DNA from: Lama guanicoe
Taxonomy: Eukaryota
DNA: 64,000 nucleotides
Direction of reading: 5' to 3'
Assembly: GCA_013239625.1 (NCBI GenBank)
Contig: MU053645.1
Location: 124,001 to 188,000, forward strand
Shown here: one piece after another, positions 24,650 through 35,934 of the stretch
How positions within the stretch are numbered: the first letter of the stretch is position 1
Layout: each line of letters starts with the position of its first letter
Made by a program: the position numbers and the translations under genes
Notes under the pieces: model-generated
What the model was told of the DNA's origin: nothing
Database searches by the model: none
The model's input: only the letters and a program-made list of their open reading frames with translations

Positions 24650-24809
24650 GTAAGTAGTTTTTTTCTCTCTCTTTGGAACTTTGAGCCTATCTATCAGCAA
24701 GTCAGAATCCCAAATAACCACAAACTCCAAATTCTTAGCTCTAGAGGCTAAGGTCTAAGCGTGGTCATCTGATAATTGACCTCCTACCAGCCTCTGTGGC
24801 TTTTACAGA

Positions 24810-25330
24810 AAGAGGACTCTGGTGACAATGTGAAGACTGGATAGAAGGGAAGAAGCAGGGGGGTGCAGTGAGGAGACACTGAAAGCAGTGTGACCTGCTA
24901 GGAGCTGGTGGAATAGTTCAGGCCATGAACTGAGGCAGCAGCAGTAGAAAACGAGGGAAAAGAAACTTTTTGAGAGGTATTTAGAAGGTAGTACTCATAG
25001 GGCATCATGACTCATTAGATGTGAGGATGACTCCCAGGTTTCTGGCATGGGAGCCTCAATAGACAGTGATATGGAATGAAGATGAAGGAGCAGTCTTAAG
25101 GGCCAAGGAGATGTATTTACCTTTGGGAAACTGAGATTTCCAAATTGAAACTGAGGTAGTTTTGAAACATTCTGGTGGATATATGAAGTAGGCAGCTGGA
25201 GCAATGTCTGGGAATATAGGAGAATGATCTGGACTACAGTATGTAGTTTTGTGCAATGGCAGTTGAGTTCCTGGAAGTGGATGAGGTCACTCAGGAAGAG
25301 AATAGATAGCTGAGGGAGGAGTCCTGTCTA
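24810..25330. mobile_element. L2-like fragment in SERPINA7 intron 1
   Basis: gatgactcccaggtttctggc, gtaggcagctgga and gtggatgaggtcactcaggaagagaa are typical L2 motifs. Confidence 0.6.
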
Positions 25331-26219
25331 GACTCAATGGATCTCTTCTTTCATATTACACATGTCCATGGTCATTGGATTCCACAGCTGACTCCCTTAC
25401 TCCACTGCCTTGTACTCTTCCAGGCTCAGAGAATCTTACATCATATTTTCTGGCTTTTGCTCTAATAATTCAGAAATAACATAAATGAATGTAGGAATAA
25501 TACTGTAAGATGTCTTGCAACTTAGAAATGACTCTTTAGATGATACTGATGGTGAGAGAAATCTGAAATACAAAAAGTTATACTTTTATCTTCCTGTTGT
25601 TTAGAAACACTCCTGTGACTTCCGTGTATTGCATGAATGCTTATGATCTTGTACATAGCTCCATAAACTACCACCATTCCATTCCAACTAAATGTATCTT
25701 GTGGAAATTATTCTCCTTTTGTCTTTTATCCAATGAAAAGCACAGGTGTTCTCCCATCTCATTTCTTATAGATTTTATCTTAAGAAAAATGCCAAATTAA
25801 AAAATATCTAAAATTCTGATCTACAAAAGATAATGTAAGCAAAGAGAGTGGTAGTTTTATCTAAGCATTCTTCCCAAGGCTGCCTCTGGTTCAAATAAAA
25901 AGTAATTCAATTTATAAATTCAGCCCAGTTTATCCCCAAAGTTTTCATATGTTGCTATTACATCTGAACAACAGTCTTTGCCATTATTTCTGTGGCCCCA
26001 GCAAGCCACCTATTTCCTGCTCTTATTAGATGTGCCATCAATTTTTCAGGGGAGAAAAGCCTCCCCACAGGCCCTGGCGAACACACCATTGAATGTTTTA
26101 TATTGTTTTACTAATTATGATGGGTGATTATTGTGTGTTTCTGATTCAGAGTTTTCATCCAGCTAAGATCCCCCAATGGTTTTCTCACCTCATCTCTTAT
26201 AGATTACCTTCCTTCCAAA

Positions 26220-26838
26220 ATGCCACTGTTGCTCTATCTGGTTCTCTTGGTACTTGGGATTCATTATGCACCACCTAACATCTCTGAAGGCACAGTAACT
26301 TCCTGCCATTCCCCTCAACAAAATGCCACTCTCTATAAGATGTCATCCATCAATGCTGACTTTGCATTCAACCTGTACCGGAGGTTCACTGTGGAGACCC
26401 CAGATCAGAACATCTTCTTTTCCCCTGTAAGCATTTCTGCAGCTTTGGCCACGCTCTCCCTTGGGGCCTGCTCCAGTACCCAAACCAAAATCCTGGAAGG
26501 CTTGGGTTTCAATCTCACAGACACCCCAGCAGCAGAGATCCAGCAGGGCTTCCAGCACCTGATCTGTTCACTGAATTTTCCAAAGGAGGAGCTGGAATTA
26601 CGGATGGGAAATGCCATCTTCATTGAGAAGCAGTTGAAACCACTGGCAAAGTTTTTGGATGATGTCAAGAACCTCTATGAGACTGAAGTCTTTTCTACCG
26701 ACTTTTCCAATGTTTCTGCAGCCCAGCAGGAGATCAATAGTCATGTGGAGGAGCAAACCAAAGGGGAAATTGTGGGCCTCATTCAAGAACTCAAACCAAA
26801 CACCATTATGGTCCTGGTGAACTATATTCACTTTAAAG
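26220..26838 (+). CDS. SERPINA7: Thyroxine-binding globulin, first coding exon (signal peptide to ...LVNYIHFK); exon starts at 26203
   Basis: The translation MPLLLYLVLLVLG...NATLYKMSSINADFAFNLYRRFTVETPDQNIFFSPVSIS...LVNYIHFK is TBG. Acceptor ctcttatag ends at 26202, donor AAAG|gtaagg starts at 26839, 619 coding nt (phase 1). Confidence 0.98.
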
Positions 26839-27144
26839 GTAAGGTTCTAAGATATCCATTTCTAGTTCAGAATTCCAATAATTTGGTGGAGCACTGAAGG
26901 GAGCTCATGATGTCTTCTCACTGGCATCAGTAGGTGTCCCTCACACCACAGTGATGTGCTCCACCGGACATAGCTGTATGTATTTTTGGATCTTCCAGGG
27001 AGGCCACATAGCTCTATGGATGAGCCCAAGAAATTTCTAGGGAGAGGGCACTTTCAGAGAGGTGAGTTACAGTGGTATTAAAATCCTTCTCATATCTAGC
27101 TAGAGAATCATGGTTTCCAAAAGATTTGGTGAGGTGGGACAAGC

Positions 27145-27835
27145 TTGCACTTGGCAGGTAAACAGATTTGGGTTTAAACCTTTCTGTTACCCTCAGTTGC
27201 TGTTCACGCTTGGGTATGTTGCATAAAGACTTCTTTCATGTACTATGTATCCACTATGTACTAAGCACCATGCTACGTGTGTGTGGCTTATAGACATTGT
27301 CTCATCTAATCTTCACAAGTGCGCAGGTTCACACAGTCAATAAGTTTTAGAGCTGGTATTCCCACTCAGGTTTGTCTGATTCTAAAGCTGGTGCTTGTAA
27401 CAACAAGAATCATGTGACTCTTTTCTGAAGGTGCTGTGCCCACATGATTTCTCCTGGTTCTACAGCACATGTCAGCCACGTTTCGTGGAGGAGTGAACAA
27501 TTCTTGGCCACAAATCACACACTTGTAGACGGATGAAACGGCAGAACAGATCTGTTGTCTCATTTCACCCTGTGTGTTGGATGTGCTTATACCTTTTTAC
27601 AGAAGAGGAAACTGTGGCTCTGATGGGTTTAGTGTAAGTATAGTGGTTTTGAACACAGATGGAACATCAGTTGAACATGGAGTCCAACAACCATGGACGT
27701 GACTCCTGGCTCTGCCACCAGCTAGCTGGGAGACCATGTAAAGTCACTCTCTCTCCCAGATCCTCAGGTACTCATTTGTCAAACTGGTTGACAGAAGGCA
27801 CGTACCTCTTTGGTGGTATTAATTAGTAGATTAGA
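27145..27835. mobile_element. Cluster of MIR fragments in the intron after the first coding exon
   Basis: ttttacagaagaggaaactgtggctc and cctggctctgccaccagctagctggg...ctcatttgtcaaa match the MIR core. Confidence 0.6.
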
Positions 27836-27909
27836 TGACTGATGGAAGAGTTCACATTGGCACTAACACTGGTTTAAAACAAACAACTCTCTTTTCTCTG
27901 TATTTTAAG

Positions 27910-28183
27910 GCCACTGGGCAAATCCTTTTGATCCATCCAAGACAAAAGAGGGTTCCAGCTTCTTAGTGGACAAGACCATGACAGTGCAAGTGCCCATGAT
28001 GCACCAGGTGGAACAATACTATCACCTGCTGGATACAGAGCTAAACTGCACAGTGCTGCAAATGGACTACAGCAAGAATGCTCTGGCACTCTTTGTCCTT
28101 CCCAAAGAGGGCCAGATGGAGCAGGTGGAAAGAGCCATGTCATCTAAAACACTGAAGAAGTGGAACCGCTTACTGCAGAAGGG
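27910..28183 (+). CDS. SERPINA7: TBG second coding exon (GHWANPFDPSKT...KTLKKWNRLLQKG)
   Basis: Acceptor tctctgtattttaag ends at 27909 and donor GG|gtaaat starts at 28184. The 274-nt exon is frame-compatible with both neighbours and includes VQVPMMHQ...LQMDYSKNALALFVLP. Confidence 0.97.
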
Positions 28184-28915
28184 GTAAATGTTTTATATGG
28201 TGTGAGAAGCAGAGGGTGGGCATAATGGCACAGATGAGACAGAGTTCAGCAGAAACCCAGAGGCAGGAGAATCACTGTGAAACATGTAAGAGCTGTGTAA
28301 TGACCACTAAATTATAGTGAGAGCGTATAATTTTTGCCAATCCCTTGGCTGGGCACTTTACATACTTCATTTCATTGAAGCACATCAACAAACCTGCAAA
28401 GGAGAGAGTATCATGGACATTTCTCAGATGAAGAAATCAGGATTAGAAAAATAAAATGAACTATCCAAAGTCAACCATCTAGTGAATTGATGAGTTCCCA
28501 GAGGCCAACTGGAGCTTGAGGGATGAGTAGGATATTGACACTAAGAGGCAGCCATGCTGGGCTGCAAGTGCTAGATGGAAAAACCATGAAATTCCCCTGG
28601 TACTACCCACTGAGATTCATGTCACTGGCTCTCCAACCTTGGCCAACATTGTAGAGATGTTTCTTTTTGATTATAAGTGGGTCACATCTTCCAACTTCCA
28701 GTGCTGCAGTCAGTCCCACATTGGCTGAACCAGATAGCATTCCTTCCTGGGTAACTTCTGAGGTTTTGATGCCATATATTGACCTGCATAGCAGTGGTTG
28801 TCAATACCTAGGAGAGGAGCAGAGTCCAATATATATATACTATGGAGACAAAGAGGGAGGGAATCATGGGCTTAGTGTGCTGATAGCCATGTGTTCCCTC
28901 ACCCTACCCTCACAG

Positions 28916-29063
28916 GTGGATTGAATTGTTTGTTCCAAAGTTTTCCATTTCTGCCACATATGACCTTGGAGCTGTCCTTTTGAAGATGGGCATCCAGGAT
29001 GCCTTTGCTGACAGTGCTGATTTTTCTGGACTCACAAAGGACAACGGTCTTAAACTTTCCAGT
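28916..29063 (+). CDS. SERPINA7: TBG third coding exon (WIELFVPKFSISATYDL...DNGLKLSS)
   Basis: Acceptor ccctcacag ends at 28915 and donor AGT|gtaagt starts at 29064. The 148-nt exon was translated by hand and is open; it is absent from the ORF track. Confidence 0.97.
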
Positions 29064-29596
29064 GTAAGTTGATAGAGTCCTTTAATGTATGAAAGGGAAA
29101 GGCCATTGAGAATCAGTTAATTCAATTCTCTCATTTAATCAGTGAGGATTCTGAAACCTAGAGAGGCAGAATGACTCCTTCTAGGCCAGATTTACTCCAG
29201 GGTCATTCTCATTACCCTCAAACATCTCACTTTAACAGTTACTTCCAGCCCTAACCTTCATGTCCTAAAATGATTCTGATAGAAGAACCTAATCATCAGA
29301 ATTAACTCTGATGAGATACAGTCCTTGAGGAGATGGTAGGGGAAGGGGAAAGCTTAAGAACTGATTTCTAGAGGCAGAAAGCCATGGAGAAAGAGGTGGT
29401 TCCCTGACAGCTAGCTCTAAAATCACTGGAGAATCACTAACTACACTTAAACAAGTGGCCTTCATATTCAAGCACCATCAACATATTACAGTAAAGTGGT
29501 AGCCCCATCCTTCTTTTTACTTTCCTGCTTCCAGACTATTCCAAAGACGTTTCCTGTTTTTTCAGGGTATCACCAGTATTTGTTCTCCCCTGACAG

Positions 29597-29794
29597 GTTG
29601 CCCACAAGGCTGTGCTGCACATTGGTGAAAAAGGAACCGAAGCTGTCCCTGAAGTCAGTTTCCTGAATCAGCCTGAGATAACTCTTCTTCATCCTGTCAT
29701 CCATTTTAATAGATCCTTCCTGTTGTTGATATTGGAGAAAAGTACCAGGAGTATTCTATTTCTAGGGAAAGTTGTGGACCCAACGAAAGTGTAG
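29597..29794 (+). CDS. SERPINA7: TBG last coding exon (VAHKAVLHIGEKGTEAVPEV...LFLGKVVDPTKV*), including the reactive-centre loop and serpin signature
   Basis: Acceptor ttctcccctgacag ends at 29596 and the TAG stop ends at 29794. Total CDS is 619+274+148+198=1239 nt, i.e. 412 aa plus stop. Confidence 0.97.
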   Translation, partial: VAHKAVLHIGEKGTEAVPEVSFLNQPEITLLHPVIHFNRSFLLLILEKSTRSILFLGKVVDPTKV

Positions 29795-29841
29795 TTGGGA
29801 AAGAGGTTGTTGACTAATTGCATGTGTTTACTGCAATAAGA

Positions 29842-29847
29842 AATAAA
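29842..29847 (+). terminator. SERPINA7: Polyadenylation signal AATAAA of SERPINA7
   Basis: AATAAA 47 nt after the stop codon, followed by GT-rich sequence at ~29870-29905. Confidence 0.7.
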
Positions 29848-30097
29848 CAAATAGTATAGCCTGATGTGATCGATGTGGGCTTGGATGTGTTTTCCTTTGT
29901 GCAGGGTTGGAGACTGGACCTTAGCTAAATTTTATTGGGTGTCAAGAGGCCACTCTTGTGATCAAATATTCAGATAATAAGTGTTCCCGAAGTGCAGGAA
30001 GGCCTCATGTCAATACATTCCCCTTTGTTAGAACCCTCACCCCCAACCCGGTTACTTAGCTCCAAGGAATTTTACTGGCCTGTTAAATGCCCCTTCT

Positions 30098-30272
30098 TCT
30101 ACCCCTTGAGCAGCATGGAGGTTAGGAATGCTGAAGTTAAAAATTCATGCATAATGTTACAGTTGAACCTCTGTATCCACAGTTCCAGGGATCATGTAGT
30201 ACTTACTGAAAAAAAACTGTGTATAAATGGACCACACAGTTCAAATCTGTTTTGTTCCAGGGTAATTTGTAG
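30098..30272. mobile_element. Tigger2-derived (TcMar) non-autonomous DNA transposon
   Basis: Degenerate terminal inverted repeats accccttgagcagca ... tgttttgttccagggtaatttg-ta, with internal ggaccacacagttcaaa. Confidence 0.6.
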
Positions 30273-33200
30273 TTTGAAATCAGGGAGCATGATCCCTCCA
30301 GCTTTGTTCTTCTTTCTCAAGATTGTTTTGACTATTGGAGATCTTTTGCGGTTCCATACAAGTTTAAAATTTTTGTTCTAGTTCTGTAAAAAATGGCATT
30401 GTTATTTTGATAGGGATTGCTTTGAATCTGTAAATTGCCTTAGGTAGTATGGATATTTTAATTATGTTAATTCTTTCAACCCATGAGCAGAGTATATCTT
30501 TCCATTTATTTACATTGTCTTCAATTTCCTTCATCACTGTCTTACAGTTTTCAGAGTACAGGTTTTTCACCTCCTTGGGTAAATTTATTCCGAAGTATTT
30601 TACTCTTTTTGATGCAATTGTAAGTGTAATTGTTTTCTTAATTTCTCTTTTTGATAGTTCATTTGTAATATATAGAAAAAGCAACAAATTTCTGTATATT
30701 AATTTTGTATCCTTCAACTTTACTGCATTCATTTAGTACTTTTAGTAGTTCTTTTCATGGAGTCTAGGATTTTCAGTATATAGTGTCATGCCATCTACAA
30801 ATAATAACAGCTTTATTTCTTCCCTTCCAATTTGGATGTACTTTATTTCTTTTCCTTGTGATTGCCATGCTCTGATTGCTGTGATCAGGACTTCCAATAC
30901 TGCTGAATAGAAGTGGCGAGAGTGGGAATCCTTGTCTTGTTCCTGATCATAGAGAAAAGTTAAAAGCTTTTCACTTCTGAGTATGTTAGCTGTGGGTACG
31001 TCATATATGGCCTTTATTTTGTTGAGATATATCCCCTCTATACCCACTTTGTTGAGAATTTTTATCATGAATGGATGCTGAATTTAGTCGAATACTTATT
31101 CTGTATCTATTGAGATGATTATGTGATTTTTTCCCTTCATTTTGTTAAAGTGGTGTATTGTATTGATTGATCTTCACATGGTAAACCATCTTGGATCCCT
31201 GGAATAAATCCCACTTGATCATGGTATGTAATTCTTTTAATGTACTGTTGAATTCAGCTTGCTAATATTTTGTTGAGAATTTTTGTTGAAGATGATCAAC
31301 ATTCATCAGGATATTAGCCTGTAATTTTCTCTTTTTTTTTGGTGGTGTTTTTGTCTGGTTTTGGTTATCAGGGTGACACTGGCTTCATGGAATGAGTTTG
31401 GAAGTAATTTTTCCTCTCTAATGTTTTTGGAATACTTTGAGGATGGGTATCAACTCTTCTTTAAATATTTGCTAAAATTCACCTGTGTGAAGCCATCTGG
31501 TCCTGGACTTTTATTTGGTAGGAGTCTTTTTGATTACTGATTAAACTTTATTACTAGTAATTGGTCTGTTCAGATTTTCTATTTCTTCCTGATCAAGTCT
31601 TAGAATATTATATGTTTCTTCATATGTTGTCCATTTCTTCTAGGTTATCTAATATGTTGGTATATATAGCTGTTTTCAGTAGACTCTCATGATTGCTTGC
31701 ATTACTGTGATATGGGTCACAACTTTTTCTCTTTTTCTAATTTTATATTTTTGAGCTCTCTCTTTTTTTCTTGATGAGTCTGGCTAAAAATTTATCAATT
31801 TTGTTTATCTTTTCAAAGACGCAACCCTGAGTTTCATGTTATTTTCTATTATTTTTCAGTCAATATTTTTAAAAAATTTCTACTCTAACCTTTATTATTT
31901 TCTTTTATCTGCTAACTATGGGCTTTGTTTGTTCTTCTTTATCTAATTAGTTTAGGTGTAAGTTTCTGTTGTTTATTTGAGATTTTTCTTGTTTCTTGTG
32001 GTAAGCCTGTATTGCTGTGGACTTCCTTCTCAGAAGTGCTTTTGCTATGTCCCATAGATTTTGAAAAGCTGTATTTATATTTTCATTTGTCTCAAGGTAT
32101 TTTTTAAATTGAAGTATAGTCAGTTTACAATATTGTGTCAGTTTCTGGTATACAGCATAATGTTTCATGTTCTTTTTCACCATAAGTTATTACAAGATAT
32201 TGACTATAGTTCCCTGTGCTATATAGTATAAACTTGTTGTTTATGTATTATAAATAGTAGTTAGAATCAGCAAATCCCAAACTCTCATTTTATCTCTTCA
32301 CACCCCCTTTGATTTCCTCTCTGATTTCTTAGTTGACTCTATGATTGTTTAGTAGCATTTTGTTAGTCTTCACACGTTCATGTTTTTTTCCAGTTTTCTT
32401 CCCATATTGTTTTCTAGTTTCATACTGCTGTGGTCTGAAAACATGCTTGATATGATTTCAGCCTTCTTAAATATATTGAGACATGTTTTGTGGCTTCACA
32501 TGTGATCTATCCTGCAGAATGTTCCATGTGCACTTGAAAAGAATATGTTTTCTGCAGTTTTTAGGTGTGCATAAATTTACTAAGTCAGTCTACTCTAATG
32601 TGTTGTTTAAGGTGTTCTTATTGATTTTCTGTACGGATGATTTATCCATTGATGAAAATGGAATTTCAAAGTCCCCTGCTATTACTTTATTACTGTAAAT
32701 TTCTCCCGTTATGTCTGTTAATATTTGCTTTATAATTTTAGGTGCTCCTAGATTGAGTACATAAATATTTACAAATGCTATACTCTTTTCTTGGATTGGC
32801 CTCATCATCATTATATGCCCTTATTTGTCTTTTGTTGTAGATTTTGTTTTAAAGTATATTTTGTCTGAGATGAGTATTGTTACCCCCATTTTTTGTTTCC
32901 ATTTGCATTGAATATCTTTTTCAAATCTTTCCCTTTCAGTCTGTGTGTATCTTTAGTGCTGAACTGAGTATCTTGTTGGCTGAACATAGATGGGCCTTGT
33001 TTATTATCCATTCAGTCACCTTATGTCTTTTAATTGGAGCACTTAGTCCATTTCACACTTAAAATGATTATTGATAGGTATGTACTTATTGCCATTTTGT
33101 TAATTATTTTCTGGTTGTTTTTGTCATTCTTCTCTGTTCCTTTCTTCTTCTTTTAGTCTCTTCCCTTGTGGTTTGATGATTTTCTTGTGTTGTTTGGTTT

Positions 33201-35222
33201 CCTTTCTCTTTATTTTTTGTGTATCTGTTGTTGATTTTTGGCTTGTGGTTACCAAAAGTTCTTACATATTGACTTATATATATATAGCTGACATTTGCTT
33301 AAGTTTTAAACATTATAAAAGCTCTATATTTTTTTTCACCTCCTACATGTTTTGTTTTGATTTCATATTGCCCATTAAAATTTTTTTATGTATCCCTTAA
33401 CTACTTAGTGTAGTTCTATGACTTTTTTCTTTTAACCTTCATATTAGCTTTTCAAGTTTTTGGTCCAGTGCTTTTACTAAACATTTGCCTTTACCAGTGA
33501 GATTTTTCTTTCATATATTTTTTTATTCCTACTTATGGCCTTTTCTTTTTCACTTAAAAAAGACCCTTTACCTTTTCTTGTAAAGCTAGTGTAATGGTGA
33601 TTAACTCTATTTGTTTTTGCTTGTCTGGGAAACTCTTTACCTCTCTTCCAATTCTAAATGATAACCTTGATGGATATTCTTGGTTTTAATTTTCTTTTTA
33701 CTTTAAGCACTTTAATTAGATCATGCCACTCCCTTTTGGCTTGCAAAGTTTCTGTGGAAAAATCAGCTGATTGTCTTACGTGGGTTCCCTTCTGTTCCTA
33801 ACTATTTTCCTCTTGCAGCCTTTATAATTCTCTCTTCATCTGTAAACTTTGCCATTTTAATAATGGTATGTCTTGTGGATCTGAGTTCATCTTATTTGGG
33901 ACTCTATGCTTCCTGGACCTAGATGTCTGTTTCTTTCCCTGTGTTGAGGGGCGGTGGTTAAGCCATTCTTTCTTCAAATGTGTTCTCTGCCCCTTTCTCT
34001 CCCTCATCTCCTTCTGGGATCCCTATAATGTAAATGTTACTATACTTGATATTGTCCCAGATGTTCCTTAAACTACCCTCACTTTTAAAATTATTTTTTC
34101 TTTTTGCTGTTCTGATTGGATGATTTAAGATTGCTTTTCCATTCACCTGTATCTTCTAATCTGTTGATTCTCTCTAGTACATTTTTCATTTCAGTTATTG
34201 TATTCTTCAGCTCTTATTGGTTCTTTCTTATATTTTCTGACTCTTTGTTGAAATCCTCACTAGTTCTCCATTCATCATTCTAGTTCAGCAAACATATTTT
34301 TGATCATTCCTTTTAACCCTTTAATGGGTAAATTACCTATGTTTGTTTCAATAGGCTTTTTTCCCCTAGGGTTTTATCTTGTTCATTTTGGAAGAACATA
34401 TTCTTCTGTCTCATTTTGTTTGACTTTCTGTGCTTGTTTCTATGAATTGGGTTAAATACCTACCTCTTCCCGTCTTGATGGCATAGTCTTGTATAGGAAC
34501 ATCACCTGTGTAGACTGACTACGATGGGCAGCTTTGACAGCCTGGATGGAGCTGGAGTGGCTGTGGGCTGGAGGCAGGGTGGTTGAGGCATGCTGCACTG
34601 GGGATGCCTTTGTGGGATGGCTGGGGTTGGATTGTGCAGTCAGGGACTTGGCACACAGTGTGCTGGGGTAATCGATGTCAGTGTTGCCTTGTGGGAATGG
34701 CTGTAGCTGGTGTGGTTCAGGGGCCTAGGATGTGTTTGGGGGAGGGCCTTGGCAAGCTGGTTCTAGTTCCTGGACTATGTTCCTTCCCTCACTATCATGG
34801 TGGAGAGGGAATAGAAAAAATGGCTCTCTCTTATACCTCTAACCCAAGAGAGAGTTCCAGAAGTTCCTCACCCATTTGGTAGACACTCTAGGGTTAGTAA
34901 ATGGAAATCATTTACTTATAGTCTAGGTGCCCTTTAAATGGCTGTTTTTTTCACTGTGTCCCAGGTCAGGTGAGTCTGTGCAAGCCCTTCAGTGATACTC
35001 CTCCCTACTGCAGGTCACTGCACTGGGGATGGTGTTCTCACTGAAACTGTCTCAATGTCTCCTACTCATCTCTATGTGGTCCCTGAATCATTTGTGGTGT
35101 AGAAGCTGTTCAATCAATTCTCAGTTCTTCTTCAGTAAGAAGGTATGTAGGTATAAATTTGTTGCACTCATGGGAGGAGGTGAATTCAGGGTCCTCATAA
35201 GCTTTCATCTTAGACCGGAACT
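30273..35222 (-). mobile_element. Old LINE-1 (5'UTR, ORF1, ORF2 up to RT/thumb), 3' part missing, with a short nested L1 3' fragment at ~32100-32310
   Basis: SLRNIWDNIKYSNIYIIGIPEG (ORF1), VNIYVLNLGAPKIIKQILTDI (EN) and RVKYFGINLPKEVKNLYSEN...WKDILCSW (ORF2). Confidence 0.92.
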
Positions 35223-35934
35223 CCTTGTCTCCTGTTTTAAAAGAAGATAAAATTCAACATTTTATGGCCTCCCGAGATTGTCATGAACCCTAGACCCTGT
35301 GACTACTGTGCATAATGTATAAGTCAGTCATGTACTTTACTTCTGAACCATGGAGGTTATGGACCCTTTGTGCCTTCTCTACTTTCATTTTTTGGAAGAA
35401 ATCTCTCAGATCCCTTTAGCTTGAACTGAAAAAAGATTATTCTCTCTGAGTCAATATGTAGAAGAAACTTACCATCTTCTCAGGAATACACACATAGTCC
35501 TGTTATGTGAGTGAAAGATCATTTTTATTGTTTTAAGTCACAGAAATGTTGGGATATATCTGTAACAACAGTTAAAATTATGCTAAAGAATACAGAAATT
35601 GGTCATTTGAAGTGGAATCTACCCATCATAAAAGCCTACAATATATGGCTTTAGTTTAGTGGTCAAATTGTATAAAGTGATGAAGTTAAATTTGAAAACT
35701 AGAGATATGGATACCCAAGTATGGGAAACATTGGGTGAATTTATCATTCATGATCACTTGGAAGTCAGATCAAAGACTTACTAATCTTGAAACTCTAATA
35801 GAGACCAGATAATAGAATGTTGATAGTGTGTATTGGTTGTTTCTTGCTGCATATAGCAATGTATGTTAAGAAAAGGAGGCACATTGCAATATTTATCTGG
35901 TTTGAGATTAAAGACAGAAACCAATAGAGTCTTT

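Noticed and set aside
26839..26897. ORF-track extension KVLRYPFLVQNSNNLVEH of TBG
   Set aside because: Read-through into the intron past the consensus donor at 26839.
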